The notes under the pieces were generated by a model, which had not been told where the DNA came from, made no database searches, and worked only from the letters and a program-made list of their open reading frames with translations. DNA of 63,056 bases, filler included, from Saprolegnia diclina VS20 (taxonomy: Eukaryota): assembly GCF_000281045.1 (NCBI RefSeq). It is 8 parts of 7 records of this genome, joined end to end, with 100 filler letters (N's around TTAATTAATTAA, not from the genome) between each part and the next. Parts side by side here need not be neighbours in the genome. Positions count along the whole stretch, not along the records: positions 24,510 to 39,012 come from NW_008246277.1; 7 more parts are not named here. One strand, 5' to 3'. This document shows positions 24,410-37,908 of this stretch, in pieces (the stretch's first letter is position 1; every line of letters begins with the position of its first letter). The position numbers were made by a program, and so were the translations under genes.

Positions 24410-25096
24410 NNNNNNNNNNNNNNNNNNNNNNNNNNNNNNNNNNNNNNNNNNNNTTAATTAATTAANNNNNNNNNNNNNNNNNNNNNNNNNNNNNNNNNNN
24501 NNNNNNNNNTCATGACCGCGAACGCTGCTGGTCGATCAAGTAGCTTGACTGACGATAGACCACGTAAAAAAATAAACCCATAGTGGTAACCCCGGTAATA
24601 CACCACCTGACAAGAATCCACACTTTGCGGTTTGAAGATGCAGTGGGCGCTCCGTCAATTCCGAACACCCTTTCGAAACAAGGGCAAATTGAAGGATCCG
24701 TTGTAGAGTGTCGTCGTTGTGCGGCCTTGGTCGTCAAGGCGGTCACCCTCGTACGCCTGCTCTTCGCTCCATGAAGAATCGCACCCCATCCACGTTCAAT
24801 TGCTGTGGCTAGTGATACACATACCACAGCAAGTTTCTACGAGCATGGGGCGACCTGCTGCGGGCGAAATCAGGGTTAAGCAAATTCCCACGCAATGCGT
24901 TTATCGACTCGCGCCGCCCCTTCATTTCAATTGACAAATAAATGTACCCCACGCCCAACGAGGCGTACGTGTCCATCAAGCAATGGAATGATACTGAATG
25001 TAGTAATAAAGTGACGTTGAATACAACCCTGTTCAAGTGTTTAGAGCCGTAAGCTACGTCACATTCGCAAATGGTGCGAGGCGGTGCGCTTTAGCC

Positions 25097-26945
25097 CTAA
25101 TACTTGGACGACGTGTCGGCCATGCGCTCAAATGTATTCCTGGCGGCCGCGCGCCAGTCCGTGCCCCGCAAAATCCACGAAAAGATGCAGCACGCCGTAA
25201 GGAGGCCAAGGGCAATACCAGCCCAGAGACCGAACACGTTGCCCTCAAAGTAAAAGCCAAAGAGAGCCGCCATGGGGATGCCCACAGCGTAGTACGCAGC
25301 CGCATTTACGTAGGCACCTACACCACGATGAGATCACAGCACGAGGCGTAAGAGCTGAGGGCATAGCAGCTCAGATAACAACGCACCAATGGACTGGCGA
25401 CCCATGCCTCGCAAAATTCCTTGGACAACGCAGTTTGTGCCGTCGACGAACTCGAAGAGTGCGAGCAGATATAAGGCGCGCTGCGTTTCTCTACAGGTAC
25501 AAATGTCGACATAAGGACAAGTTGTCCATATTGCGAAGAACGCAGTACGCAATCGAGTCGGGGTCGTTGATAAAGAGGGCGGGCAGCACATTGTGCGTCA
25601 AAACGAAGAAGCTGGCGACGAGCAGCGCGGCCACAAATGCGACGCGTTGGGCCAACCCGCTGATGGCGCGTGCACGCATGGGCTCGTTAGCGCCGAGGGC
25701 AAGACCGATACGGACAGTTGTCGCCTCCGAGATGCCAAAGTAGACGCTGTAGACGAGCGACGTAATGTTGACCAAAACCTATTCGTATTTAGCAGCCATA
25801 CAATAAGAATTGAATAATACCGAGTGGACACTGAGCGAGAGCACAGGGGACGGCAGCCATCCCGCCATGAAAGCAAGGATCTCTAACGCCCACCACTCCA
25901 TGAGCATCATGAGCATGCCTACACAACACATATCATGAGTTTAGTTCACCATCGAAGTGCTAGAAGTCTGCGTACCTGGAATACCGAGGGTGATGAATTC
26001 GGGAACGTGAGCGACTGCGTCGCGCCACTGACTCGCGGCCGACGTGTCGGTGGGCCACCACGACTTGTACACTGGGCGCCACGCCAAGTAGAGGAGTGCC
26101 AGGATCGGCATCGAAGCAGTACACCAGACCCGAGCATACGCAGCTCCGAGGAATCCTAATACAGCCGTCGATACGATGCCATTGATGACGCTACATGCAC
26201 GTACCAATGTCGGTGACGTAGCAGAGGTAATAACCGACAGCGACAAAGATAAAGTTGCTGAGGACCGCAATGTAGACCATGGGCGACACGATCTCCTGGG
26301 CCTGGAGCACCTTCTTGAGAAGCTCGTAGACAAAGATGAGTGGCAGCGAGAAGATGGTGATGCAGGAAAAGTCGCCCGCGAGCGTCGCGACCATCGGGTC
26401 CTGTCCCAAGGCTTCGAGAAAGTACGTCGTGTGCCAATTCAGCACCAGCATCGGCACGTACGCCAGCCTACAAGGACGTGAGTTGGAGATATTGTCGTAT
26501 GCAGCTCGTACAGGAGAACAACGAGGCCGCTTTGGAGGTACATGCCGAGAAGGTGCTCCTTGCCGGCACCGACGCACTGTGAGCAGAGTGTGTCCATGGC
26601 CGTTGTGAGGCCGACGCCGATCGAGAGGCCGCAGACGTTGAAGAAGACAGTCGACATGGTGGCAGCGTCCACAAACTCTTTGGTGTGCGGCGAGTTCATG
26701 TGTCCCACGAGCACGATGGAGAGGAAACCCGGCAAGATCTCGAGCAAGAAGGTCGCAAACTATTGAATCATGGTCAATCAAGGAAGTTGTCGTGTGGTGC
26801 ACACCATAGGGCCAGCCAAGTGGAGGAGAGCGAGGATCTCAGTGCGCGGATTCATCGGCGTCTCGATGGTGAGAGCTGCCTCGACGTCGCTGTCGCTGTC
26901 GGTCGGTGTGCGGGGTGGTAGCAAGGATGTCGCTTCGCTTGTCAT
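25097..26945 (-). CDS. MATE-family efflux transporter 1; multi-exon
   Basis: GLTTAMDTLCSQCVGAG, LKKVLQAQ, MLMMLMEWWALEIL, TTVRIGLALGANEP, QGILRGMGRQ, GLWAGI. Confidence 0.92.
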
Positions 26946-26995
26946 GGTCAAAATTGCAAGTGATAGCTTCCAATGTTTCTCTCGTTGTATTTGAG

Positions 26996-27019
26996 TATAA
27001 TATATATATATATATATAT
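26996..27019. repeat. (TA)n microsatellite upstream of MATE 1
   Basis: tataatatatatatatatatatat. Confidence 0.9.
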
Positions 27020-27903
27020 GAACGTGTTCCGCGTTATCTTCATTATAACACAAAGACTTCGCATACGTAGCGCTACGCCTGAATGCGTGGGAGTTGGCTC
27101 CAGCACTTGGTCGTTGGGAGTGAGTATTATATGCGATATAATCTCCCGTATCTGATGAAACATGTGTTGGACCACACACACTTGAAGTTGAGTTAACGTT
27201 ACTGCGGGTATCGGATTGCGGGCATTGGATTATGGGCATGAATTTTGCGCCGCGGAAGCGGAAATTGAGGTTTGGAATGAAGCATGTGCTGGGGAAATAC
27301 TGGTTGTTGTCATACAGCGGATCTACGGATTGCGGGCATAGGATTGTGGACATTGGCTTTTGGGCATGCGTAGGTTGATTGCATGATTTATGGAAATCGG
27401 AGTTTGGCCGCAAACAAAGTGATGCCGGTAGCAGCGACGTGGTACAGGAGGCAACCATTCGTTGGCAGTCCGTCAGCTACCTTGATTATGGGTGGTCCAT
27501 GCAAGCGCAGCAGCAAGAAGTCATGAAATGAGTGCAGTGTACGACCGAACGTCGCAGACAATGCAAACACACAACCAACGTCCTAAGTTACCGCCTACGT
27601 TCTTGGTCCTGGGTGTCGTCGAGTCGTTCATTACTTTACCACAGCTGCACCTCCCGCTCAATAACGAATCGCACTCTGCCTACTTCGAACAACACAAACC
27701 ACCACGCGCCACGGCCATTTTCTTGCGCATGTGGGACGATAAGAAAGTTGCCTCCTGAATTCAGGCCGCAATTCGCACCAGAAAGACAAGTTCTCATTCT
27801 TCACCAAATTTACGCTGTTTCTTTTCCCTTGAAGGGCTGGACCAAAACTTGTTCGCATCACTTCAATTTCCATATTTAGAACTCATTGACTTGATTGCAT
27901 CCA

Positions 27904-28787
27904 ATGCCGAGCCGGCGCAGCGCCCCACCCAAACCAACCGTGCTCTCGATGTCGTCCGAGGGCCTCGCTGGCATCACGTTCACCGTCTCGGACAAGCGGC
28001 CAAAGTCTGCTCATCATCGCTCGAGTGCACGACAGCCCAAGGCACGAGACACCACGTCGCAAGGCAGCCCACTGCTGCGCAAAGCCGCAACGTCCGTCAC
28101 GCCCACCATGCTTACGGTACACTTGTAGCGTTGCGTTGCAGCGGCATTTGTCTATTCGCACCTCCTAGGCACTGACGTGGTGTGAATAGAGCACAAGTAC
28201 GAAGCCGCCGGGCGCCAACCTCCAGAAAGGCTCGTTTCGCAAATCCACAGCGTGGTCCGAAAAGCACGACGCCACATCGACAGCAGTACGCTTTCTTGCG
28301 TTGCTTGCTGTCCACAATAGCCCTGTAGAAGCCTCGTGTGCGCACAGACCCGAACCCACGCCACGGATCCGTGTCGCCACCCAAGGACGCCTCACCGTCA
28401 CCGCCACGCTACGTAGCTGCGGACGGAAAGCAGTCGCCGCCCCGGCGCGACGCCCACCGAACCGTGGCGCTGGTAGTGGACTCCATGCATACGGTCGCTG
28501 ACATTGAGCGGGTGTCTGGCGCCAAATGGGATGCGTCCCATGGCTTTGTGCATCACAAGCAGGCTGTCACGGGCGCGCCGCCTCTCTCTCCAAGGAATAC
28601 TAGGGGCAGCGTCGAATCATCCACCGACAGACGCTGTCAAAATCCAGACACGTGGGTGCAGCCGAGTACGCGGAACAACAAGCGCGTGGTCGGCGTCGGG
28701 GCGCGGCACCAGCGGTCGATGCAACAGACCAAAGTAAATAGTGCTCGAGACAGCAGTGATAGACCACCACAAGCGCGTTGGCTCTAA
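27904..28787 (+). CDS. Hypothetical S/P/R-rich, probably disordered protein (3 exons)
   Basis: ATG at 27904; two phase-0 GTAC..AG introns (about 28118-28189 and 28286-28328) join the pieces into one frame ending with ORF 28338..28787. No recognisable domain. Confidence 0.45.
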
Positions 28788-28920
28788 CCAGTAAGATTTG
28801 AATATGATCGGTTGTGGGTATTCGTCGCTTGCACGAGCACCAAATAGCAGTCAAAAAAAGTTTGCGAGTTATCGTAGCAACGACTACAAGGGACAGCAAG
28901 TTCGGCGGAAAGGCAACGAA

Positions 28921-30667
28921 TTACTTGTCCATGCGGCTCACAGCGTCGTCCGCCACACCGCGCCAGTTGGTTCGCGCTAGGTACACTGCAAAGAAGACGA
29001 ACGCTGACGAGACACCGATCGTCATGCCCATCCAAAGCCCCGGTACGTCCAAGTTGACGATAAACCCGAGAAGAGCAGCAAGCGGAAGTCCAATCGCGCA
29101 GTACGCGACAGCGTTCACGTGCGCTCCGATGGTCTGACGTCCCATGCCGCGCAAGAGCCCTTGGGCGGCCATCTTCATCGCATCCATGAATTGATATAGG
29201 ACCAGAATGTACAGAGCCCCTTGCGTCGTCCTAATAGTACCAGCATGAATATTCGAGCAGAGACGAGATCGTAGACCGGATGGAAGACGCATCGTTGATG
29301 AACCACGCAGGCAAGACGAGTCGAAAGGCGAGTACAAAAGCACCAAGGACGGTCGCGGTAGCCGCGACAACGATGTACGACGCCGACACAATCAACTTGG
29401 CGCGCATTGGCTCGTACGCTCCGAGCGCGTTCCCCAATCGGATCGTCGTCGCAATCGAGATACCGAGAAAGATGCTGAAAGCAACTGACGAAAGCGTCAC
29501 CAGAACCTAGATACTCATTCTCAGACATATGTGACAACATGTGGTTCTTGGAGACCGAGTGCACGCTGATGGCCAGGACGGGCGACGGCATCCAGCCTGC
29601 CATGAGCGTGAGGATCTCAAGCGCCCACCATTCGAGGAGCATCATGACCATGGCTACGACCATAGACGACCATAAGATATGATTCAAAATATTGCTTTGG
29701 TCCATACCAGGAACGCCAAATTCGAGGAACTCGCCAACATGGTGCACGGCGTCGTACCACTGCGAGGTCCACGAGGAGCCTTGCGGCCACCATTGGCAGT
29801 GCACTTGCGTATAATTCAGATAGAGGACCGCAAGTAGCGGCAAGGACGTATTGCAGACCAAGCGTGCATACGCAATGCCGAGAAATCCTAAACGCATTGG
29901 TATCACGAACCCTCCGAGGTAAAAAGTCAAACCTGCGTCCGTGTAGTAGCAGAGGTAGTAGCCGACGCCAGCGTAGAGGAGGTTGCTTGCGATTGCAATG
30001 TACGCCATGGGTGCAACAATGTGCTGGGCCTGCAACACCTTCTTGAGGAGCTCGTAGGTAAAGCAAAGTGGGAGACAAAACACAGTCACGCGCGAGAACT
30101 CGCCAGCCAGCGACGCCACGATCGGGTCTTGACCAAGGCAAACGAGTAAGAGCCCCACATTGTAGTTAAGTAAGAACATTGGAACGTAGGTCACCCTATT
30201 TTGCACAAGTTGTCATATAGTCCATCAATACATGGGGACGTACGCGAGGACGAGGAGGCCGCATTGAAGGTAGCCGCCGAGAAGGTTTGTCTTCCCAGCG
30301 CCTACAGCTTGAGAACAGAGTGTGTCCAGCGCCGAGGCAAGACCAAAGCCAATCGAGAGGCCAGAAAGGTTCAAGAACACGGTAGAGAGCGCGGCTGCGT
30401 CCACATACTCCTTTGTGAGGGGCGAGTCGAGGTGGCCCACAAGAGCGACCGAGAGAAAGCCCGGGAGGAACTCCATCAAGTATGTCGCAACCTTCACGAC
30501 TTGTCAGACATTTTGCGTGTAGATAGAAAGACTACCATCGGGTAGGCGAGCTGGATGAGGGATGCAATCTCTGCCCGCAGCGAGTAGGGCTTGATGAGAA
30601 AGATATCGCTCACCGAGGCTGCTTCGAGGTGGTCCGGAGGCAAAAGCGTCTTGGTTTCTTCGTGCAT
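28921..30667 (-). CDS. MATE-family efflux transporter 2; multi-exon
   Basis: GLASALDTLCSQAVGAG, LKKVLQAQ, LLEWWALEIL, TIRLGNALGA, QGLLRGMGRQ, GLWMGM. Confidence 0.92.
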
Positions 30668-32156
30668 TGTCGTGCAATGAAATAATGAAGGTACGACTGT
30701 ATGCCTTCTTCGCCGTGACCAGCTCAGCAAAGCCCTAAACCCTATTATGGTCGCAGACACATGTTCTGGATGCTCGCTAGAGGCCTCATCATCGCCACGA
30801 AGCTTGTGCTCGGAATGTTCCGTTGGCGCTGAGTGGTGCAATTGACCACATGTTGCACACGCACACCTGGCTTGTCAAATACATGTAGCTGGTCAGCATC
30901 TAAAAGCCGCTACAGTACATGGGACCGTTTAGTGATTGGTCACCATTTCTTTTGTTCCGAAATGACGCAGCGCGTTGGCGTACTACCATGATCGAGGTTT
31001 GTTTGTCGAGATATCGAATGATCTGGCTTGCGCAGAAAGACTGCCGCCGCGGGCTGAGAGTATCCGATACTATCTATAAATGTAGCTGCCAGCCTTGACA
31101 CACGCATCAACGCGAGCTACGGTCTCGCGATCTTCTTGTGAGCAAGACACACAATAAGCAGGACATGCCTAAGCTGGACAAAGGTCGTCGCGATCTATGA
31201 GCTTTGGACTCACCGCCAACGATTCTAATTGGCCAAAAAACAGCGTGAGCGAGCCAAACTGATCAGTGTGGGTGTTGCGTTTCGCACCGACCTCCCACTG
31301 CCAAGTCCATGGACGTTTGCCGTCAAGGCGGCTCTTGTCGCTCAAATGCACTTGCACCACAGCCTCGTTCAAAACCCAAGGCAGATGGCTCTCCCACGCC
31401 TTCTCCGGCTCCTCGCTCAACACGAATGGCCGCGCCAGCACCGTGTCCCGCGGATCGCGCATCTGCCTCCGCCGGCCTAGATCAAGATCAACACCAGCGC
31501 GTACACAACGAAGAAAGTCCGACAAATTATTTAGCGTAGATTGACGTATCTATTTTAATAGCTACCCACTTCAACAACCACTATTTCCGCGCGCCGCTTG
31601 CACAAGGTCTCCACGTCATATCGAACTACCTCCTTCTTTTCTTCTCTTTCTTCGATTTAACAGGCACACGTTTGTTATATTCCCCCCATTTAACGGGTAG
31701 TCGTCATAGACTTGCCGAGCGCGCTAGTGGCTTTGTTGTGGGGCCATGCGAGGGATCACCTGGAAATATCCGCGCCATGGACTGCAGCGAGCCAGCGATG
31801 ACTCGACGTTCCGACGCATAGAGTACATACGTGCAAGCGAACTAGCATTAACCACGAGTGAATACGGACAGCGCACTACTGCGTTTCTCGTATCATCCCG
31901 TCGCAAAGGAGATCGGTGACTTGGATCATGGCCGAGAAGGCAAAACTGAGACGGCTTTAAGCACTACACAGCACACCAAGTCACCCTACCGCGGTGGAAC
32001 GTGAGCGGATTAGCGTTGCGTGACAAGTCCGGTCGCTCGGCACTCAGGTGATTGACCACGAGCTCGCGTCTGTCGAGTTTTGGTCGGCAATGATATACTA
32101 CCACGCCGCCGCTAACAGACCAACGCCTCGCTCAATCGTGCTAGTACGGTGCATGC

Positions 32157-33065
32157 CCACCAACACGTCGGCCGCGAGTCAGTGGCGCGACGCAGTCGCT
32201 CACGTTCCCGGATTCATCACCCTCTGTATTCCAGGTAGCCGACTACTAGCACACTACCTGGACATTGATGGTGAGCTAAACTCACTACAGTATACATGTA
32301 TGTGTTGTAGGCATGCTCATGATGCTCACGGATTGGTGGGCATTTGAGATTCTTGCCTTCATGGCGTGATGGCTGCAGTCCCCTGTGCTTTCGCTCAGTA
32401 CTGGATTCCTCTAGTGATTCCTCTAGTTACTTGGACGCCGGTAACAAAATTACCACCGAATGTTGTCATAGGTCCTACTGATGATTCCTGTGCTCGTCTA
32501 CAGCGTCTACTTTGGCATCTCGGAGGCAACGACCATTCGCATCAACCTTGCTCTCGGTGCCTACGAGCCCATGCGTTTGCGCGCCACGAGCATTTTGGCA
32601 CAACGCATTGCGTTCGTCGCTGCGATCCTGGTTGCGGGATGTGACACACAACGTGCTCTCCGCTCGCTTCATCAAGGACTTTGAGATATCACGTAATGTC
32701 CATTATGGTCAACTTGTCCTCATGACGTGCCTTACATGTGTAGAAAAACGCGGCGCGGGTTGTACTTACTATTGCGTCATTCCGTGAGGCATGTATCGTC
32801 AGTGTATTGTTGCGTCGTTTTCAGCATTTGTGTGCCGTCACCTTATTGCTGTCACTATTGCTGTCTAGTCTAAATGCGGCTGCGTATTATGGCGTGGGGA
32901 TTCCCATGGCGTCTCTCTTTGGCTTTTACTTCGAGGGCAACGTATTTGGACTCTAGGCTGGCATAACCTTTGGCCCGCTTGGAGTTTACTGCACCTTTTC
33001 ATGCATCTTGTGGGGCCCGGTCCGGTGCGCGGTTGCCCGCGTCCATTTGATCGCATGGTCGGCAA
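32157..33065 (+). pseudogene. 5'-truncated MATE pseudogene, an inverted intron-retaining copy of MATE 1
   Basis: 32163-32237 is near-identical to the reverse complement of 25974-26047. Introns are kept. It has in-frame stops (e.g. ctctag for ctctgg near 32954) and deletions. Confidence 0.88.
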
Positions 33066-33917
33066 GGAATCCGGCAAATGAACTAACCGTTTCTTCCCGT
33101 TTGCTTTCCGAACAATTTGCCAAATGGAATAAATGATCCAAGCACATCAGCATTCAATGCCATCCAAGTGTCATGAACTATCAGGTCAGTTTGCATTCTA
33201 CACTGGTTGTACTAGAACATGACTTGGTGTTGCGATGCGAGCCTCACGGTATATATTCTCCTCCTCGCTGCAAGGTCGTCGTGTCGTTGCGATCCTGAAT
33301 GAATCGATGTGCCAAGTAGGTGAGAGAAGCACACTGTACGTGAACGAATCGCTAGAGCAAGCGAACACGTCCACGACGCCAGCCCGGGCTCGTCCGACCA
33401 TCAATGTAAACGCCATCGAACAAGGAGTATCGTATATATACAACTGAGGACCTTAGCTCGGATGACGCCGATATGAGATAGGTTCAATACAAAATATATC
33501 CATGTGACTCGGACCAAACGCGAGCAAGTGATTACGGCCCGTTGCCCGCGCCACGTCATTTTTGTTGGCCCCGTGTGTTGCCAGCCACCAATTCTAATCG
33601 AATGCTTCGTCGTTGATCTCTTCATGGCGAGACCTCACACCGACGACGCCTGAAGCGATCATCATTCGAAGGCTCATCATCACCCACGCCCGCGGTGGAC
33701 TGGCGCCAATGGAACTCGCTTGGATCTGGCGGCCTGCGATACCCAAGCTGCTGCGTGCTGATTGGTGCAATTTTTAAACCACTGTTCCAGCCGAAGATGG
33801 CATTTTAACTCAATTGTTTAATTATTCTTACAAAATCACAGTTTCCATGCAATAAATTACCTATTTAAATTCGAAACGCACGAACAACAGACTGGAAAGG
33901 ACCTGGGCTCACATTTG

Positions 33918-33931
33918 TCACTCTCCAATTC
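33918..33931 (+). promoter_or_regulatory. Oomycete-type initiator/FPR core promoter motif
   Basis: tcactctccaattc just upstream of the MATE 3 ATG. Similar motifs precede other genes: tcatttttcaaat at 49568, gcattctccaattc on the minus strand near 57548, tcatttttcaag on the minus strand near 3696. Confidence 0.55.
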
Positions 33932-33935
33932 CACC

Positions 33936-35740
33936 ATGACCGCCGAAGCGCAGAGCTTGCTGCCGAGAGACGCGTCGCCTGCGTACGCCCCGCCACCCGC
34001 TGACCTCGAGAAGGCCAGCGCCATTGAGACACCGACGAGCACGCGCGCCGAGATTCTCTCTCTCGTGCAGCTTGCCTATCCGTTGGTACGCGACAGCCCT
34101 CGTATCGTGGCGCTCAGTTGCAATAGGTCGCGACGTTTGCGATGGAGTTCCTGCCCGGCTTCCTCTCGGTTGCGCTAGTTGGCCACCTCAACTCGGCGTA
34201 CACGAAGGAGTTTGTGGATGCGGCGGCGCTTTCGACGGTCTTTCTCAACGTCTCTGGCTTGTCGATCGGCTTTGGCCTCGCGTCGGCCATGGACACGCTC
34301 TGCTCGCAGTCGGTCGGTGCTGGCAAGATCTACATGCTTGGCGTGTACCTCCAAAGTGGCATGATTGTCCTCTCGTACGACACATACCTATCAATAGTGC
34401 GTCTTGAACCTCGTGCTCTAGGCTTGCGTACATTCCGATGGTGCTCATGAACTACAACACGACGTTCTTCCTCAACCTCCTCGGCCAAGACGCGATGGTA
34501 GCGTCGCTCGCCGGCGAGTTTTCGCGCGTGACTGTGTTTTGCCTCCCAAGCCTCTTCCTCTACGAGCTCCTCAAGAAGGTGCTGCAGGCTCAGCACATTG
34601 TCGCGCCCATGGCGTACATTGCGGTCGCGAGCAACTTTATCTACATCGCGGTCGGGTACTACCTTTGCTACCACACGAGCCTCGGTACCGTTCTTCTGTC
34701 TTGCTCATCTCATGAGAAAAGCGTAGGCTTTATTGGTGCGGCATATGCGCGCTTGGTGAGCAACTCTTGCATGCCGCTCATGGTGCTTCCGTACCTGCTC
34801 TGGAACCCGGTGTACACGACGTGGTGGCCTGATGAGCACACCATGTCGTCGCAGTGGGGCGAGGCCTTTGCCCACGTGTATGAGTTTGTCACGTTTGGTG
34901 TGCCAGGTACGACCCCCTTTTCGGAACGTAAAGCATTCACATTGCTAATTGGGACTTGTAGGCATGCTCATGATGCTCATGGAGTGGTGGGCGTTCGAGA
35001 TGCTTGCACTCATGGCCGGCTGGATGCCGAACCCTGTCCTCTCTATCAGTGTGCACTCGGTACGCCTTTTGACAATGATCGGGCAGGCGCTTGATACGAC
35101 AGCGGTAGGTCTTGATCAACCTCTCGGCTATGGCCTACAGTCTCTTTCTCGGCATCTCGGTCGCCACGACGATCCGAGTTGGTAACGCGCTCGGCGCTTA
35201 CGAGCCGCAGCGTGCCAAGGCGATCGCCAAGGCTGCGTATTGCGTGTCGTTTGCCGCCGCGATGTTTGTCGCGACCTTCTTCCTTGCGACGCACAACGTC
35301 CTCCCCGCCTTTTTCATCAACGACCCGAGCTCCATCGCGTACGCCTCGTCGGACTTGATCTCATTGTCATCTGATCTCGTTGCTAGGCAAACGCAGCGCG
35401 CACTCTTCTTCTTCGTCATCTTTGAGGTCCTCGACGCGATGAACTGCGTCGCGCAAGGCATCCTCCGTGGCATGGGCCGCCAAGCCATTGGTGCGTTTTT
35501 CGAAAATAGAACCTCGGATCATCATAGATACTAGGGGCGTACGTGAATGCGATGGCGTACTACGCTGTCGGCATCCCTGTCGCCGGCGTCGTCGGCTTTT
35601 ACTGCGAACTCGATGTCCAAGGTCTCTGGATCGGTATTGCCGTCGGCGTCTTCTCGGCCTTTTGCGTCTACTCGTGGACGCTTCAGCACACCAACTGGCG
35701 CGCGATGGCCGACAAGGCCGTGGAGCGCATGACAGACTAA
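33936..35740 (+). CDS. MATE-family efflux transporter 3; multi-exon
   Basis: GLASAMDTLCSQSVGAG, MEWWAFEML, TIRVGNALGA, QGILRGMGRQ, GLWIGI; intron positions shared with MATE 1 and 2. Confidence 0.94.
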
Positions 35741-35823
35741 GGCGGCGCAACATAGAATTTTCATCGGCTACGCCATGGCCCCACTGTTGGACTGGTACTA
35801 TAGCACGTCAGTGTGGTCCAAGT

Positions 35824-35851
35824 GTACATAAATATCATGATATTTATGTAC
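35824..35851. repeat. Perfect 28-bp palindrome
   Basis: gtacataaatatcatgatatttatgtac equals its own reverse complement; it extends to ccaag/cttgg after one mismatch. Confidence 0.95.
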
Positions 35852-36436
35852 TCTTGGTGTGGTCACACGATCACAGCAGAAGACCAGCGGCCCAGCCTCT
35901 CGATTTAGCCCTACCCGCGATCCAAGGACACCACCATTCCCGTGGTGATGTGGGTGATGGTCCAAATCGCCTGCATATTCTTCCCTCGGCATTTGCTTTA
36001 CTGGGCACGACTGGTCGGCAATTTTTGCTCAGCAACCTGCGATCCTCCAGGCAAGTCCTATTCCGAGATTGCAAGGCTAGAGTCCCTGGCTGGACACAGG
36101 CGTGGCGACTACCGGATCGGAGTCGTGCTATACACTGTTCTAGCGGGTCAGAGTAGCGGGCTTGCGACGGAGGACAGAAAAGAGAAATGATGGCCACGAC
36201 GTACCAAAGCTCACCTGCTTGGCCAACCTGAAGCCTGCTCTAATGGTCTTTGGATCGAGTTGAGCACAGGTACATCAAACCAGTTGTCTTCTAATAGAGT
36301 ACAATCCTAGACAACAGAGAGAAAGCAGCTGCGCCGTCTGAACGTCTTGTGCTATCAAGTGACCAAGCTATGCCGCTCGTTGATTGGCTAAAATTCCATC
36401 CAAAATAGAAGACGCAATCGCATTTTTCGCCGAGCG

Positions 36437-37764
36437 ATGGGGAACACGATCGCGCAGTTGGCGCAAGACCACAAATGGGCCCAAGTCGCCGAGCGCATCG
36501 AGGCCCGCGCCGTCGAGGACGTCAACGTGACGACTGGCCATGTAAGCCGCCCGTACTCGCCTGCTCCAGGCTTACATGCCGTAGCTCGACTGGACAACGC
36601 TCTCACTCGCGTCCTGGGAGGGCCAACTCGACATTGTGCACTTGCTCTTGCGCTTCAAGCATATTCGCGTGGACCAGCCAAACCTCGTACACTCTTATAG
36701 GCTTGGATGCCGTGACTCTCAATGGCGCCTTGCATAGGATGGCATGACACCACTGCATGAAGCGGCCAAGCACGGCCACCTCGAGGTCGCCCGCGCCCTC
36801 ATTGACGCCGGTGCCAACCCCCACGCGACCAACAACGTACTGCTGTGTGGGAAATAAGGATAAAAATCTGACAGTGTGCGTGTAGGAGGGCAACAAACCG
36901 CTCGCGCTCGCGAACGGCAGCGAAATGAGCGAGTTTTTGACGACGTGCATGCTGCCCGTTGGTGTCTGCGCAGAGCGCCACGAGTGGCACGAGGTCAAGC
37001 GCCGCGTGACGCGCCGGCTTCTCTCGGACGTCAACGCCAGCTTTGGCGAGGTACCTTTCGTCCATGAGACCCTCTTTCGACAGTACGGGCATAGCGCGGC
37101 TGGTGCTTGCTCTCGTACTGCGCGATCCACGACCAAGTCGAGCTCGTGGACCTCCTTGTGCGCTACAAGGACATTTGCGTTGACCACGCCAATGTGGTGC
37201 GTGACCTGCGCCTGCTTTTTGTCTCGGCGGCTCGGCTTATTGGTGGCACTAGGATGGCATGACGGCGCTGCACGAAGCCGCCAAGCACAACCATCTGCAA
37301 GTGCTGTCCATTTTGGTGCGTGCAGGCGCCGACCAATCGCTGCTCAACACGGTACGATACACATAGCAATAAGCGACGGACTCAAGCTGCGAGTCTAGAG
37401 CGGTGCCACACCTGTCGACTTGGCGACAATGGACGGGCGCGCGCTTCTTGAGCTGGCGCCGCCGGTCGTCATGGCGCCCGCCGAGGTACACCAATGTCCC
37501 CACTGCACGTACGAAAATCCTCGGCGCGACGGAGCGTGCGCCATGTGCAAGATGGACATGCAAACATCGGAAGACGCGGTGGCTGCACTCATGGAGCGAA
37601 TCGCGCTCATGGAGGAAGCGACGCTCTGCACGATTTGCGAGGAGCGGCCAAAGGACACTGTGTTTACGTGCGGCCACGAGACGTGCATGACGTGTGCACA
37701 ACAAATGACGAGCTGTCCCAACTGCCGCAAACCCATCACGGCGCGCATTCGCCGCTTTGTGTGA
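36437..37764 (+). CDS. Ankyrin-repeat, RanBP2/NZF zinc finger and C3HC4 RING E3 ubiquitin ligase; multi-exon
   Basis: GMTPLHEAAKHGHLEVARALIDAGA, TALHEAAKHNHLQVLSILVRAGAD, CPHCTYEN..CAMC, CTICEERPKDTVFTCGHETCMTC..CPNCR; MGN start. Confidence 0.88.
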
Positions 37765-37908
37765 GCTAGCGTGGCGCTATTGCACCAAAGGATTTGACGT
37801 GTCTGAAGTCTTAACGTATCCGAGTCGTGCGACAGGATGGGGTCGTGACGTCCATGGAGAAGCTACTTCCATTGGTGTATCGGCGCTTTGGGAGTGGTCC
37901 TTCGCATC

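Noticed and set aside
22765..24465. Long antisense ORFs (e.g. 566 aa here, 368 aa at 478, 311 aa at 58969)
   Set aside because: Shadow ORFs opposite high-GC3 genes, or ORFs inflated by N runs.
31169..31544. Overlapping short ORFs between MATE 2 and the MATE pseudogene
   Set aside because: No recognisable motif or consistent coding frame.
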